A DNA stretch of 37,948 nucleotides from a virus (lineage: Duplodnaviria; Caudoviricetes): the IMG/VR virus record IMGVR_UViG_3300014872_000006, positions 1 through 37,948 of that record, one strand, 5' to 3'. Below, one piece after another: positions 16,998 to 25,851 of the stretch (position 1 is the stretch's first letter; every line of letters begins with the position of its first letter). A program made the position numbers and the translations under genes. The notes below the pieces were generated by a model. It had not been told where the DNA came from. It did no database searches and saw nothing but the letters and a program-made list of their open reading frames with translations.

Positions 16998-17733
16998 CGC
17001 CGGCCTTCCCCTCGATGAAGCGCTGCAGCGTTTGCCTGGCCAAGACCAGGCTGTCAGTCGGGAACGATTTCTTGTTGCCGCGCGGCCCGGCGAGCGCGCG
17101 CCACAGTCCGATCACGCCACCCTTGTGTGAAGTCGAGGCCTTCGCGGAGAACTGATCGAATACGTGCGTGAACTCGGCTGCGAAATAGCCGTCCTCCCAT
17201 TCCGCAAGGGAGGATGTGTTCAGCACCTCCGGCTTCTTCATGGTACCCTGGCAGACCAATCCCTCGCTGTTCGTGTTCCAGAACGGCGCCTTGAAGAGCG
17301 GCGTCTTTGCCCCGGGCCGCTTCGATTCCTTCAGCGCGCGGATATGGATCTCCCGGCCGGCGGCGCGCCACACGAGCGCGGGCAGCGGGAAGTGTTTGCC
17401 CGACACCTTGCCCAGTTCGGACTCTTTCCGGAAGAACAGCGGCCGCGTGCACGCCGGCGTCCACCACACCACGATGTGCGGCGTGCGGCAAAGCACCGTC
17501 TCAGGCAGGATCTCCGGCTTCAGCTTCTCGCCGAGGCCGTGGGCGAGCTCCTGAAGGAATGACATCGTGACCAGCTGCCCGGCCGCCAGCCGCGGCGCGC
17601 GACCATCACGACCCATCACACCGTGGACGGTGGCGTAGGTGCCGCCGCCGAGCGGCGAGTAGTTCTCGTAGACCAGGATGGCATGCTTGAGCCGCAGCTC
17701 ACTCGACTGGCCGATCCGCACATTCGCGTTCAT
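16990..17733 (-). CDS. PRTRC system protein B (prokaryotic E2 family D)
   Basis: VWWTP...R.LFF, P.PALVW, L..APFWN....G.VC.G and WE..YF...FTH motifs. Confidence 0.9.
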   Translation of the reverse strand: MNANVRIGQSSELRLKHAILVYENYSPLGGGTYATVHGVMGRDGRAPRLAAGQLVTMSFLQELAHGLGEKLKPEILPETVLCRTPHIVVWWTPACTRPLFFRKESELGKVSGKHFPLPALVWRAAGREIHIRALKESKRPGAKTPLFKAPFWNTNSEGLVCQGTMKKPEVLNTSSLAEWEDGYFAAEFTHVFDQFSAKASTSHKGGVIGLWRALAGPRGNKKSFPTDSLVLARQTLQRFIEGKAGDA

Positions 17734-18872
17734 ACCGTCACCAGCACATTCACGAGCGCGGCCGGATCAGCTACCGTGGGCAGACTGTCGATCAACCGTT
17801 TCGTCATGCCCAGCACGCGGCAGGCCTGCACGACCAGGTCATGCGCACGTCGCACGGAATCGAGATCGGTAATGTCGAACCGGACTACATACGAGGGTGC
17901 CGCGTCCTCACCCGCCTGCGATCGCTCCCAGCAATACTGATCGTACACTCCATCCAGCGTGTCGCCAGCGTCGATGCCCAGATAGAAGCCGGGCCAGGGC
18001 GGCATCACATCCATGTCGTATAGCTGGTCCATCACCTTTTCATTGTCCCTCTGCAGGCCTCGGGTGGCATCGAGGAGCGCGAGCAGGTCCGTAAAGAGGC
18101 GTAACGCGGTCGGGTCCTGGATCCTGCAAAGCCGGTCACGGAGTGTGCGCAGCGAGTAGGGCTTGCGATGCAGCGACGCCGGTACCATCTGCTTCACCCG
18201 CGCGTCCATCTCCTCGAAGCTCAACGCGTCCACGTCCAGCTTGCTGTCCTCCGCATCGAGCAGGAATCCCACGGCCAGCTCTACGCACCCGTCATTCTCG
18301 ATGCTGTGCCAGCTGTACGCCCAGGTGACCGAATACATGGCGCGCAGCAGCAGCTCGTGGAACGTGACGGGGAAACGCGGATCCACGCGATCGAGCAGCC
18401 GGATCGTGTTGCCGAGGTGGACAGGCACGTACGCGCCCGCGAAGACCACGATGTAAAAGAGGTTCGGGTGCTCCGACTCCTCGTCGCCGCGCGAGAACGC
18501 GGCCACCAGGTCGTGCAGGAGCATGGCATCGAGCGAGTTGACGCGAGGGAGATCGCCGTAGCCCTCGCTGATCCAGCGCTGCAGCGTGCGTTCGATGAAC
18601 TTCAGCGGGTTCTTCTTCGAGCGCACCCAGTCATCAGCCGTTGCCACGCTGGCGAGCATGAGCGCACGGGTGCAACGCAGCACTTCGCGATCGCCACCGC
18701 GCAGCTGCAGACGGCCGTCGACACCGCGCAGGCTGGGAAGCGCTACACCGGTGGCAGGAGCGATCCCGCAGGCGGCAACAACCGGGTCTGGTCCTGGCCG
18801 AACCGATTGCGGGCGCCCAATGCCCTCAACAGCAGATTCGCCGCTTTGCGCGGCTCGGGCTGCGATTGCCAT
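17730..18872 (-). CDS. PRTRC system protein F-like
   Basis: Position between C and B, size and N-terminal ALPSL motif; start uncertain. Confidence 0.7.
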   Translation of the reverse strand: MAIAARAAQSGESAVEGIGRPQSVRPGPDPVVAACGIAPATGVALPSLRGVDGRLQLRGGDREVLRCTRALMLASVATADDWVRSKKNPLKFIERTLQRWISEGYGDLPRVNSLDAMLLHDLVAAFSRGDEESEHPNLFYIVVFAGAYVPVHLGNTIRLLDRVDPRFPVTFHELLLRAMYSVTWAYSWHSIENDGCVELAVGFLLDAEDSKLDVDALSFEEMDARVKQMVPASLHRKPYSLRTLRDRLCRIQDPTALRLFTDLLALLDATRGLQRDNEKVMDQLYDMDVMPPWPGFYLGIDAGDTLDGVYDQYCWERSQAGEDAAPSYVVRFDITDLDSVRRAHDLVVQACRVLGMTKRLIDSLPTVADPAALVNVLVTV

Positions 18873-18956
18873 TCCTCGATCAGCCTTTCCTGCGCGGATT
18901 GGCCGATTCCGGCTTCCGCGCGATCGAGGTCGTCGAGTACTCGCTGCGTCGCGTCA

Positions 18957-19148
18957 TCAACCTTTGGCTCCGACGGCGCGTGCGAACGTGAAGATCTGGT
19001 CTTCGCCCGATTTCCTCGGGCCCGTGACGCTGGCATTGGCGAGCTCCGGGTGCGTGACGGAATGGAGATCACGCACCTGCTCCGGCTTCATGGCCGGATC
19101 CGGGTCGTTCAGCTCCATTCCGTTGTACATGAACTTCCTGGCCATCAT
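18957..19148 (-). CDS. PRTRC system protein C (prokaryotic ubiquitin-like, Prok_Ub)
   Basis: RKF.YNG.EL.DPDP.M.PEQV...S..HPELANA.V.GP..F....VGAKG, ending in an exposed Gly. Confidence 0.92.
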   Translation of the reverse strand: MMARKFMYNGMELNDPDPAMKPEQVRDLHSVTHPELANASVTGPRKSGEDQIFTFARAVGAKG

Positions 19149-20761
19149 GCCTCCGCGGGCGCGTTCACGCCCAGCAGGTTGGTGACGTATGCTGGCAGCC
19201 GCGCAAGCAGCTGCGCCTCCAGCTCCGCGGCCGTGCCGCTGACCGTGAGTGGGGCGATCTGTTGTTTGGATTGGATCTGCTTGGGCGTGACCACGATGCA
19301 GATGGTCTCGCTCGGTTGGGCCAGGCGCGCGATGGCCAGTGTGACGCTGCAGTCATCCAGCAGCGGCAGCAGCGCACCGATGAATCCACCGACTGACGGC
19401 TCCTCGCCACCCTCGGCGACTAACTCACGGTCTGCGGCCAGTGCGGAGCGGGCAACTTCAGCTGAGGGCTCGCATCTGCTGCACACGCCGAGGCCTCGCT
19501 CCCGGTCGACCGCCGTCCATACGCAGCCGCCGACGCATGCTTCCGAATCCTTGCAACCGCAGTAGATGCAGACCGCCTCGGCTACTTCAGCTGCATGTGC
19601 GTCGATGTGCATTGGTGTGTCTGAATGCGCAGGCTCGGCCGGAACCTCGGGCTCGCGAACCGCGAACCCGAGTGCGGAGTCATCAGGTGCCGGCTCTTCA
19701 ACTACCGCATGCTCCACCTCCTTTTCCGCTGTGGGAGTGGCCTGCGCTGCCTGCTCTTCGATGTCCTCCTGCTTGAAACGTTTCTTGCCGGCTGGCTTCT
19801 TCGCTTTACGCTGCGCGGCCTGCAGCTCCTTCAGCCGCTTCTCGATCGCAGACACGCGCTTCTTCTGCCCGATCTTCTTCCTCACGACCTTCAGCACGGC
19901 GTTGCAATCCTCGATCGTGGCGTTGTTCAGCGCGCCCTTGAAGCTCGAGGCCTCGATCTTGTGATTGGTCAGCGCATTGACCCGCTGTTTGCTCTGGTCT
20001 ACGCCGGGCGCCTTCTTCGCTGGCGCCGCTGCCGCTGCGCCCTTCGCCATCGTTTCCTGTACCGGCGCCGGCGCGCTATAGATCTCGGCCAGCTTGGTCA
20101 CCATGGGCCCGAGCCACACACGCGTGACCGGCTCACGCGCATCCGCGCGCGCATTGATCTGCGTCAGCAGCGTGCGGAAGAATCGATAGCGGATGGACGG
20201 CTCCTCCTTTGCCCAGCGCACCAGCTGATCGCGGGCCAGCGACCAGGCGAGCACGCCGGCGTCGATCAGCTCGCGCACCTCGTCCGGCAGCTGCAGCAGC
20301 GAGAGCATGTTCGCCACGTGCGACTGGTCGCGGCCGATGCGGCGCCCGATCTCCGACTGCGTGATGTCGGGCTCGTACTCGAAGTACTTCGCGTAGCCGG
20401 CAGCCTCCTCGAGGGCGGTCAGGTCATTGCGCCCGAGGTTCTCGATCAGCGCGATCGTCAGGCACTGCGCCGGCGTCAGGTTGACCAGGCGCACGGGCAG
20501 GCGCGCACCGGGCACGCGGCTCGCGCCGCGCCAGCGGGACTCACCGCTGATGATGAGGGCCCTGCCGCCGTTCGCCGGTTGCTGCGCGACCAGGTTCTGC
20601 AGCACGCCCACCTCGGCGATCGACGCGGCCAGCTCGGCGATCTTCGCCTCAACGAAATTCCGGCGCGGCTGCCACGGCCCGGGCTCGAGCTGGTCGGGAT
20701 CGTGCATGACGATGCCGCTGTCGTCGCTGCGCTCCCAGTCGAGCATCAGCTGGCCGCTCAT
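19145..20761 (-). CDS. parB: ParB-family protein fused to a Cys-rich Zn module and a C-terminal PRTRC protein E domain
   Basis: QPRR.F..I.ELA.SI...GVLQ..SGESRWR..ALIENL.R.DLT.LEEA plus HTH; CIYCGC..AC.GGC.W..CSRC; F...L.PLL..IVVTP..PLTVSGTAAELE..L. Confidence 0.85.
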   Translation of the reverse strand: MSGQLMLDWERSDDSGIVMHDPDQLEPGPWQPRRNFVEAKIAELAASIAEVGVLQNLVAQQPANGGRALIISGESRWRGASRVPGARLPVRLVNLTPAQCLTIALIENLGRNDLTALEEAAGYAKYFEYEPDITQSEIGRRIGRDQSHVANMLSLLQLPDEVRELIDAGVLAWSLARDQLVRWAKEEPSIRYRFFRTLLTQINARADAREPVTRVWLGPMVTKLAEIYSAPAPVQETMAKGAAAAAPAKKAPGVDQSKQRVNALTNHKIEASSFKGALNNATIEDCNAVLKVVRKKIGQKKRVSAIEKRLKELQAAQRKAKKPAGKKRFKQEDIEEQAAQATPTAEKEVEHAVVEEPAPDDSALGFAVREPEVPAEPAHSDTPMHIDAHAAEVAEAVCIYCGCKDSEACVGGCVWTAVDRERGLGVCSRCEPSAEVARSALAADRELVAEGGEEPSVGGFIGALLPLLDDCSVTLAIARLAQPSETICIVVTPKQIQSKQQIAPLTVSGTAAELEAQLLARLPAYVTNLLGVNAPAEA

Positions 20762-21180
20762 GGCTGTGTGCCGTTCTGCGCTACCGTGACTCTCTCAGCA
20801 CCGTCGCGGGACGCCAGTACTGCACCGACCGCGGCGACAATGGCGCCGCCCCACTTCGGCTCCAGGTCGATGCTCAGCGCAATGCGCATCTTGCCGTTGC
20901 TGAGGCTGGTGAAGCTGAGCGGCGTGTCGAGCTCGGCCACCTCGGGCATGTGCGGCTCAACGTGTGCGGGCTCTGTGCCGTTCTCGCGAAGCTTCCGCAG
21001 CCGCCGCCAGACGACAGGGTCGCCGACGGTGATCTTGAACTTCCTGGCCAGGCGATCCTGGACGGCTCCCGTCTTGACCCTGGGATCCGCCGCGAACATC
21101 TCGGCCACGACCTGGTCGATGATGACGGCCTGGTGCTTGGGCAGCCGTTGGCCCCTCTTCATGTTTGGAGGGAATGCCAT
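20758..21180 (-). CDS. Hypothetical putative DNA-binding protein
   Basis: GAGGA RBS before ATG 21180; same architecture as 6869-7384. Confidence 0.6.
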   Translation of the reverse strand: MAFPPNMKRGQRLPKHQAVIIDQVVAEMFAADPRVKTGAVQDRLARKFKITVGDPVVWRRLRKLRENGTEPAHVEPHMPEVAELDTPLSFTSLSNGKMRIALSIDLEPKWGGAIVAAVGAVLASRDGAERVTVAQNGTQP

Positions 21181-21193
21181 GTCATGTCCTCGC

Positions 21194-21496
21194 TCAGTAG
21201 AGTGTCGATTCCGATCGAAATACTTCGTCGAATTCCTGCTGCTGCACCCGCCCCAGCACCATCCGGATCGTGTGTGCGTGTTTCCATGTGCGCGCGTGGC
21301 CATGCCGGCCGAACAGCTGCAGGAGCAGCTTTGCCTTCGCGCGTTCCACGGTCTTCGCTGCCACACCGGCCCGGCCCTTTCGCTGCAGTGACGCTGCGTT
21401 GAAGCACTCCAGCCGGAACGCCCGCAGCAACCGACCGCGCTTTTGCGGCCGAGCAGCCTTGTGCGTCAGTGTCGCGGCGTGGAGGAAGTCGCTCAC
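21194..21496 (-). CDS. Hypothetical protein
   Basis: Coupled ORF in the operon. Confidence 0.55.
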   Translation of the reverse strand: MSDFLHAATLTHKAARPQKRGRLLRAFRLECFNAASLQRKGRAGVAAKTVERAKAKLLLQLFGRHGHARTWKHAHTIRMVLGRVQQQEFDEVFRSESTLY

Positions 21497-21921
21497 GTGC
21501 GGAACCCCGAATAGCCGTCGTCCGAATAGCCGCCGTCGTCATCGACGACGTCGTCGTCATCGTTAGGGTAGCCCGCCGCCAGCGCAGGCACCGACGCCCT
21601 GGCCGCTTCCGCTTTCCGGATCACGTCCATCGCCTGCGTCAGATCCGGAACCGCAACCGGCAACGGTGTAAAGCCGTATTGCCGTGCAAGCCTGTCAGCG
21701 ACTTGCTGCGCGATCTCTTCGGTGCACGGGTGGATCGCGTAGATCGACCCGCCGCCGAAGTACTTCGTGTGCCCTGGCCGCTCGGCCGACAGCTCCGGCA
21801 CGTCGACGCGCAACATGTTCGTGCCCGCGATCGACTCCTCGGTGACGCGTCCTGCGATCTGGTGATGTCCCATCAGCTCGACCACTGCGTACGTTTCGAA
21901 CGGCCGCTTCTCAGCCTGCAT
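21493..21921 (-). CDS. Conserved phage hypothetical protein
   Basis: AVVELMGH..IAGRVTE....G..MLRVDVP..GGGSIY.I.P.TEE motif; GGAGG RBS. Confidence 0.75.
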   Translation of the reverse strand: MQAEKRPFETYAVVELMGHHQIAGRVTEESIAGTNMLRVDVPELSAERPGHTKYFGGGSIYAIHPCTEEIAQQVADRLARQYGFTPLPVAVPDLTQAMDVIRKAEAARASVPALAAGYPNDDDDVVDDDGGYSDDGYSGFRT

Positions 21922-22171
21922 TTGGCGCCTCCGCGATAACAGTTGAACGGAGAGCAGCAACCGCGCGTTGCATTTCGCGAGTGGCCCGCGCGAGCTGCTC
22001 AATTCCTTGAAGCCGGCGCATCCCGCGCCGATAAATCGTTGGATCCATGATCGGACCGCCGGCATGAGCCAGACTGATCGCGTCCAGGAACCCGTCCAGG
22101 TCCAGATTGTCAGTCAGAGTTCCGATGAACAGGAGCTGCTGCTGTGTCGTGGCATATTCTTCCGTGGTCAC
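21911..22171 (-). CDS. Hypothetical protein
   Basis: GTG start overlaps the SMC stop; GGAGG RBS. Confidence 0.6.
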   Translation of the reverse strand: MTTEEYATTQQQLLFIGTLTDNLDLDGFLDAISLAHAGGPIMDPTIYRRGMRRLQGIEQLARATREMQRAVAALRSTVIAEAPNAG

Positions 22172-24168
22172 GCTACCGCCTCCATCTCCACGCACTCGCT
22201 ACCGAGCTGATGAATCGTCCAGCCTTCCACGTCCGGGAAGGTGCAGCAGCCCGCGATGATCACGTTGCCCAGCACGTCCGACATCTTTCGCAGCCCATCC
22301 AGGAGCCAGCGCCGGCGCGTGGTGTCGATCGCTTCCGCGTTGTCGAGCAGCAGGACCGGCCAGGCCGGCTGCACCGTGGCCACCAGCGCCGCGACCAGCA
22401 CCACGGCCAGGAAGGCATCCTCGCCCGTGCTGGCGGCGTCGTAGCTGCGGAACACGCCGTCTTCCTCGAAACCAAAATCAAACGTGTCACGACCTTCACG
22501 CTCGAAAATGAACCTGAAGGTTTTTGCGGGGTCGATGGCGTAAAGCAGCTCATTGGCGCGCGACTCGACCGGCCCGACGAGCTGCTCAATCACGTGCGCG
22601 CGCAGCTTCTGCTGGTTCTGCTTCAGTGTACCGAGCGCCTCGGACTTTGCTGTGCGTTTGGCCAGCTCGTGACGTTCGCGATCGGCGCGCGCGCGGTCAG
22701 CTTCCGCCCTGCCTGCACGCTGCGCGAGCTCCTGCTCCGCGCGGATCGCATTCTGGATGGTGGTGATCCGTGCGGTTGGCGCGGCTTCGTCCTGCAGCTC
22801 CTGGATCTCGAGCGCCGGGAGCGCGTCGAAGGCCTGCTTCTCGGATATGACCTCCTCCGCGCGCACCTGCAGTAAGTCCTCCCTACGCGCGTAGTCTTCC
22901 GCATCCGCGCGCCTGCGATGCAACAAGCTGAGCACTGTGTTCGCTTCTTGGACCTCTTGCGCTGCTGCTTCGACTTCCCGTTTCAGCTGGTCGTGATCTG
23001 CGCGCATGGCCAACGCCAGCTGCGACTTGTACTCGATCTGTTCACGCAGCTTCGCGCGTACCGTATCCAGGTGACCAGTATCCGCTTCGCACGTCGGGCA
23101 GGTGTTGTGATTCGCGATCGCAGTGAGCCGTTTCTGCACCTCGACCATCTCGGTCGTTTTGCTGCCCATCAATTCGGCGAGCTGCCCGAATGCGTCCCGC
23201 TTCTTGCCTTCCTCGAGCTGGCAGGCGTGCAGATGGAGGGTGGCATTGCCGAACTCCTCGTGCGTCGGGTTCTTTGGCGCGGCGGATGCCTGAAGACGAT
23301 TGAGCGCCGCGTTTACCTCCTCGAGGCGGCAGCGAAGGACCTCGCGCATGTGCTCCCGGTGCCGCTGCTCTGTGCGGGCCCGATCGGCGCGCGAGATCGC
23401 TTCTTGCCAGCGCGTGTTCGTTTCCGTGGCAACCTGCAGGTCGGCCTGCAAAGCAGTCAGGCGGTCCGGGTCGTAGTCGACCGACTCCGTAGCAGTCCGC
23501 GCGTCCTGGTCGGCGCGCTCGGCGATCGCGACCTGCTCGCGCCGCGCCTGCTCCGCGGCGTTGAATGCTTCGGTTGTGCGCTGCAGGGCGGTGGCCAGGC
23601 CGTCCAGAATCGATTCCGACGGTTCAACGTGTTCGTCCCACAGCTTCGTGATCGCCGACTGGATGAAAGACTCGGCGCCGTCGTAGCCTAGCCAGCGCCG
23701 CCACTCCGCCACGTCGAGATTCGCGATGCTGCGCGGCAGGATCCGCAGCAGAAACTCGCGGCGCTTCTCCGCGGACAGATCCAGGAACGCGGCCAGGTCA
23801 AAGGAGGGAATAAACGCGCCAGTTTCCCGATCGATGCGCGACTGCAGTTCTTTTTCAGTTCTTTCATTTCGCGTCGGGTGGACGCGTGTGACCGTGGATG
23901 CGCCCAGCCGTCGATCGATTTCGAATCCATCCGAGAAGCCGAGCGTGATGGCCATGTCCGAGTAGCCATCGGCGAGCAGCTTCCGCGTGTCCTTCAGCGT
24001 CTTGCCCAGTGACGGCTCGTATCCCAGCACGGCCAGCCGGATCGCTTCCAGTACTGCGGATTTCCCGGCGCCGTTCGGACCTGACAGCGCGAGGAACTGG
24101 GGGACCTCCATCGCCTCGCGGTCGTGGACCTTCAGCCCGTCGATGTAGATGCGCGTGAGCCGCTTCAT
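22168..24168 (-). CDS. SMC/SbcC/Rad50-like ABC ATPase
   Basis: GPNGAGKS, long coiled coil with CPTC zinc hook, STGE signature and LLLDNAE Walker B. Confidence 0.88.
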   Translation of the reverse strand: MKRLTRIYIDGLKVHDREAMEVPQFLALSGPNGAGKSAVLEAIRLAVLGYEPSLGKTLKDTRKLLADGYSDMAITLGFSDGFEIDRRLGASTVTRVHPTRNERTEKELQSRIDRETGAFIPSFDLAAFLDLSAEKRREFLLRILPRSIANLDVAEWRRWLGYDGAESFIQSAITKLWDEHVEPSESILDGLATALQRTTEAFNAAEQARREQVAIAERADQDARTATESVDYDPDRLTALQADLQVATETNTRWQEAISRADRARTEQRHREHMREVLRCRLEEVNAALNRLQASAAPKNPTHEEFGNATLHLHACQLEEGKKRDAFGQLAELMGSKTTEMVEVQKRLTAIANHNTCPTCEADTGHLDTVRAKLREQIEYKSQLALAMRADHDQLKREVEAAAQEVQEANTVLSLLHRRRADAEDYARREDLLQVRAEEVISEKQAFDALPALEIQELQDEAAPTARITTIQNAIRAEQELAQRAGRAEADRARADRERHELAKRTAKSEALGTLKQNQQKLRAHVIEQLVGPVESRANELLYAIDPAKTFRFIFEREGRDTFDFGFEEDGVFRSYDAASTGEDAFLAVVLVAALVATVQPAWPVLLLDNAEAIDTTRRRWLLDGLRKMSDVLGNVIIAGCCTFPDVEGWTIHQLGSECVEMEAVA

Positions 24169-24347
24169 TGGTGCACCGTCGTCTGATGCTCGACAACTTC
24201 GGGATCCGACCAGTCCCAACCCCAGATCAGCCCCTCCTGGAGTGCCGCGTGCAAATTCTTGCCAAGCGCGATGCTTGCCATCACCGCCTTCACCATCAAC
24301 TCGTCGTATGTATCGGGCAGATACACGGTCAGCGCGATTTTCTTCAA
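24165..24347 (-). CDS. Hypothetical protein
   Basis: 4-nt start/stop overlaps on both sides. Confidence 0.6.
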   Translation of the reverse strand: MKKIALTVYLPDTYDELMVKAVMASIALGKNLHAALQEGLIWGWDWSDPEVVEHQTTVHQ

Positions 24348-25519
24348 AGTACTGCCTCCACTTGCTTGGACCTGCCGGTGGTCTTCTTCACGCGTGGATC
24401 CGCAACACGACGGTACTGGAACCGTGCGGTGGTGTTGGTCTCGATCACACCATCAACCGCGGCCACGGCTTGCGCCGGCAGCCGCTTCTTCAGTTTGTCC
24501 AGCTCATCCAGGTCGACGCGCCACAGTCTGTCGGATGGTTCGATGCCCTGCTCGGTGAGGACGCGCTTCAGGTCCGTGGCTGTCACCGCGCGCTCGTGAA
24601 TGGGACCGAAGCCGTAGCTGCCCTCGCCGACCTGGATGAATCCTTTCGGGTGCGTGCCGCCGAGGTAGCGCTTCAGACGCTCCTTTGCGGAGGATGCGAA
24701 GGCCTCGACCGCCACCACATCGCCGGCCAGGCGCTGCGCAGCCGCGTCATCCTCGATTGAGAGATCATCGATGGCGCGATCACGGAGCTGGCGGATGCGC
24801 GGGCACGTGTGCGTATGACTACACAGCGTGCACCAGTTGCCCGGCGTGGCCTCGAAATCGTTGTTGCGCTCGCGGTCCATCGCGGTCGCGATCTCCTGCA
24901 CCAGGTCAATCTCAACCTGCCGCAGGTCGTCGGCGGTGATCACCATCGATTGGTAGTTGTTGCTGTAGCGGACGAACCGCTTCACCAGCTCGAATTCCGT
25001 GAACGCCGGATAGTTGTGGCGGAGCAGGAGAGCGTACCGCGGCAGCTGCTTGCCCGCCTCGAACTGCTGCCGATTCTCAGGAGCCCAGGCGGTCTTCCAG
25101 TCATCAATGCGGACACGCGTCCTAGTCACACGCGAGGCCAGATCGGGTGTGCCGAAGAAGATCACCTGCTCACCCAGCACGTCGACGATCTTTTCGAGCC
25201 GCTCCTCGATCAGGAATGCGGCTTTCGGATCGATGTCGACGTCCTCGGCCAAGGACTCGGTGAACTTGCTGAGCACCTGAAGCGCGTCGAAGTACTCCAT
25301 GTCAGAGCCGCGCACGACGCGGTACGCGATTTCGTGGATGTTCAGGATGGGCGATCCGCTTACGATCTCATGGACGGCAGCGCGCACGGCTGCGTGCACG
25401 TTGGATCCACCGTGCAGCGCTGGCGATGGCATCGGCGGTGTGTGGTCGACGTACGCCTCTTTGTACGCCCAACCGCATTCGCCATAGAGCCGCAGCTGAC
25501 TGTTTCGGAAGGCCTTCAT
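24344..25519 (-). CDS. PD-(D/E)XK (RecB/AddB/Cas4-like) exonuclease
   Basis: SQL..Y..C, G..VH, G.PD..IDDWKT, QL.RYA and C-terminal C..C.....C cluster. Confidence 0.88.
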   Translation of the reverse strand: MKAFRNSQLRLYGECGWAYKEAYVDHTPPMPSPALHGGSNVHAAVRAAVHEIVSGSPILNIHEIAYRVVRGSDMEYFDALQVLSKFTESLAEDVDIDPKAAFLIEERLEKIVDVLGEQVIFFGTPDLASRVTRTRVRIDDWKTAWAPENRQQFEAGKQLPRYALLLRHNYPAFTEFELVKRFVRYSNNYQSMVITADDLRQVEIDLVQEIATAMDRERNNDFEATPGNWCTLCSHTHTCPRIRQLRDRAIDDLSIEDDAAAQRLAGDVVAVEAFASSAKERLKRYLGGTHPKGFIQVGEGSYGFGPIHERAVTATDLKRVLTEQGIEPSDRLWRVDLDELDKLKKRLPAQAVAAVDGVIETNTTARFQYRRVADPRVKKTTGRSKQVEAVL

Positions 25520-25851
25520 GACAGCGGCTCCTGCTGGCCTTCGATCCACCAGTGCTTGACGTGCGGGGCCTTGAAGTACTTCAGAGGGCCGCCGCCGCGG
25601 AGCACCGCGTAGTTCGCACTTCGCTGCACCTGGCCACTGCTGCTGCACCACATGTAGTGGTGCCAGACGATCTTCATCGCGTTGATATCGATGTAGCCGA
25701 TCGTGCGCGGGGCTGGAGTCATGATCTGCAACTCCATTATGCCATCGCCGCGGAGTGGCCCGATGTACAACTCGTCGGCCATGTTCCGCTTGCCGATCTG
25801 AGCGAACTCGATCATTCGGACCAGCTCGGTCACCGCGATGCGCAAGATCAT
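25516..25851 (-). CDS. Hypothetical protein
   Basis: ATGA overlaps at both ends. Confidence 0.55.
   Translation of the reverse strand: MILRIAVTELVRMIEFAQIGKRNMADELYIGPLRGDGIMELQIMTPAPRTIGYIDINAMKIVWHHYMWCSSSGQVQRSANYAVLRGGGPLKYFKAPHVKHWWIEGQQEPLS

Noticed and set aside
19625-21391. 588-aa plus-strand ORF (also 8347-9681, 18168-19565 and similar)
   Set aside because: Antisense shadows of well-supported minus-strand genes in GC-rich DNA; no motifs.
24344-25519. Cas4 or a CRISPR-associated locus
   Set aside because: No array or other cas genes in the window; the context is phage recombination.
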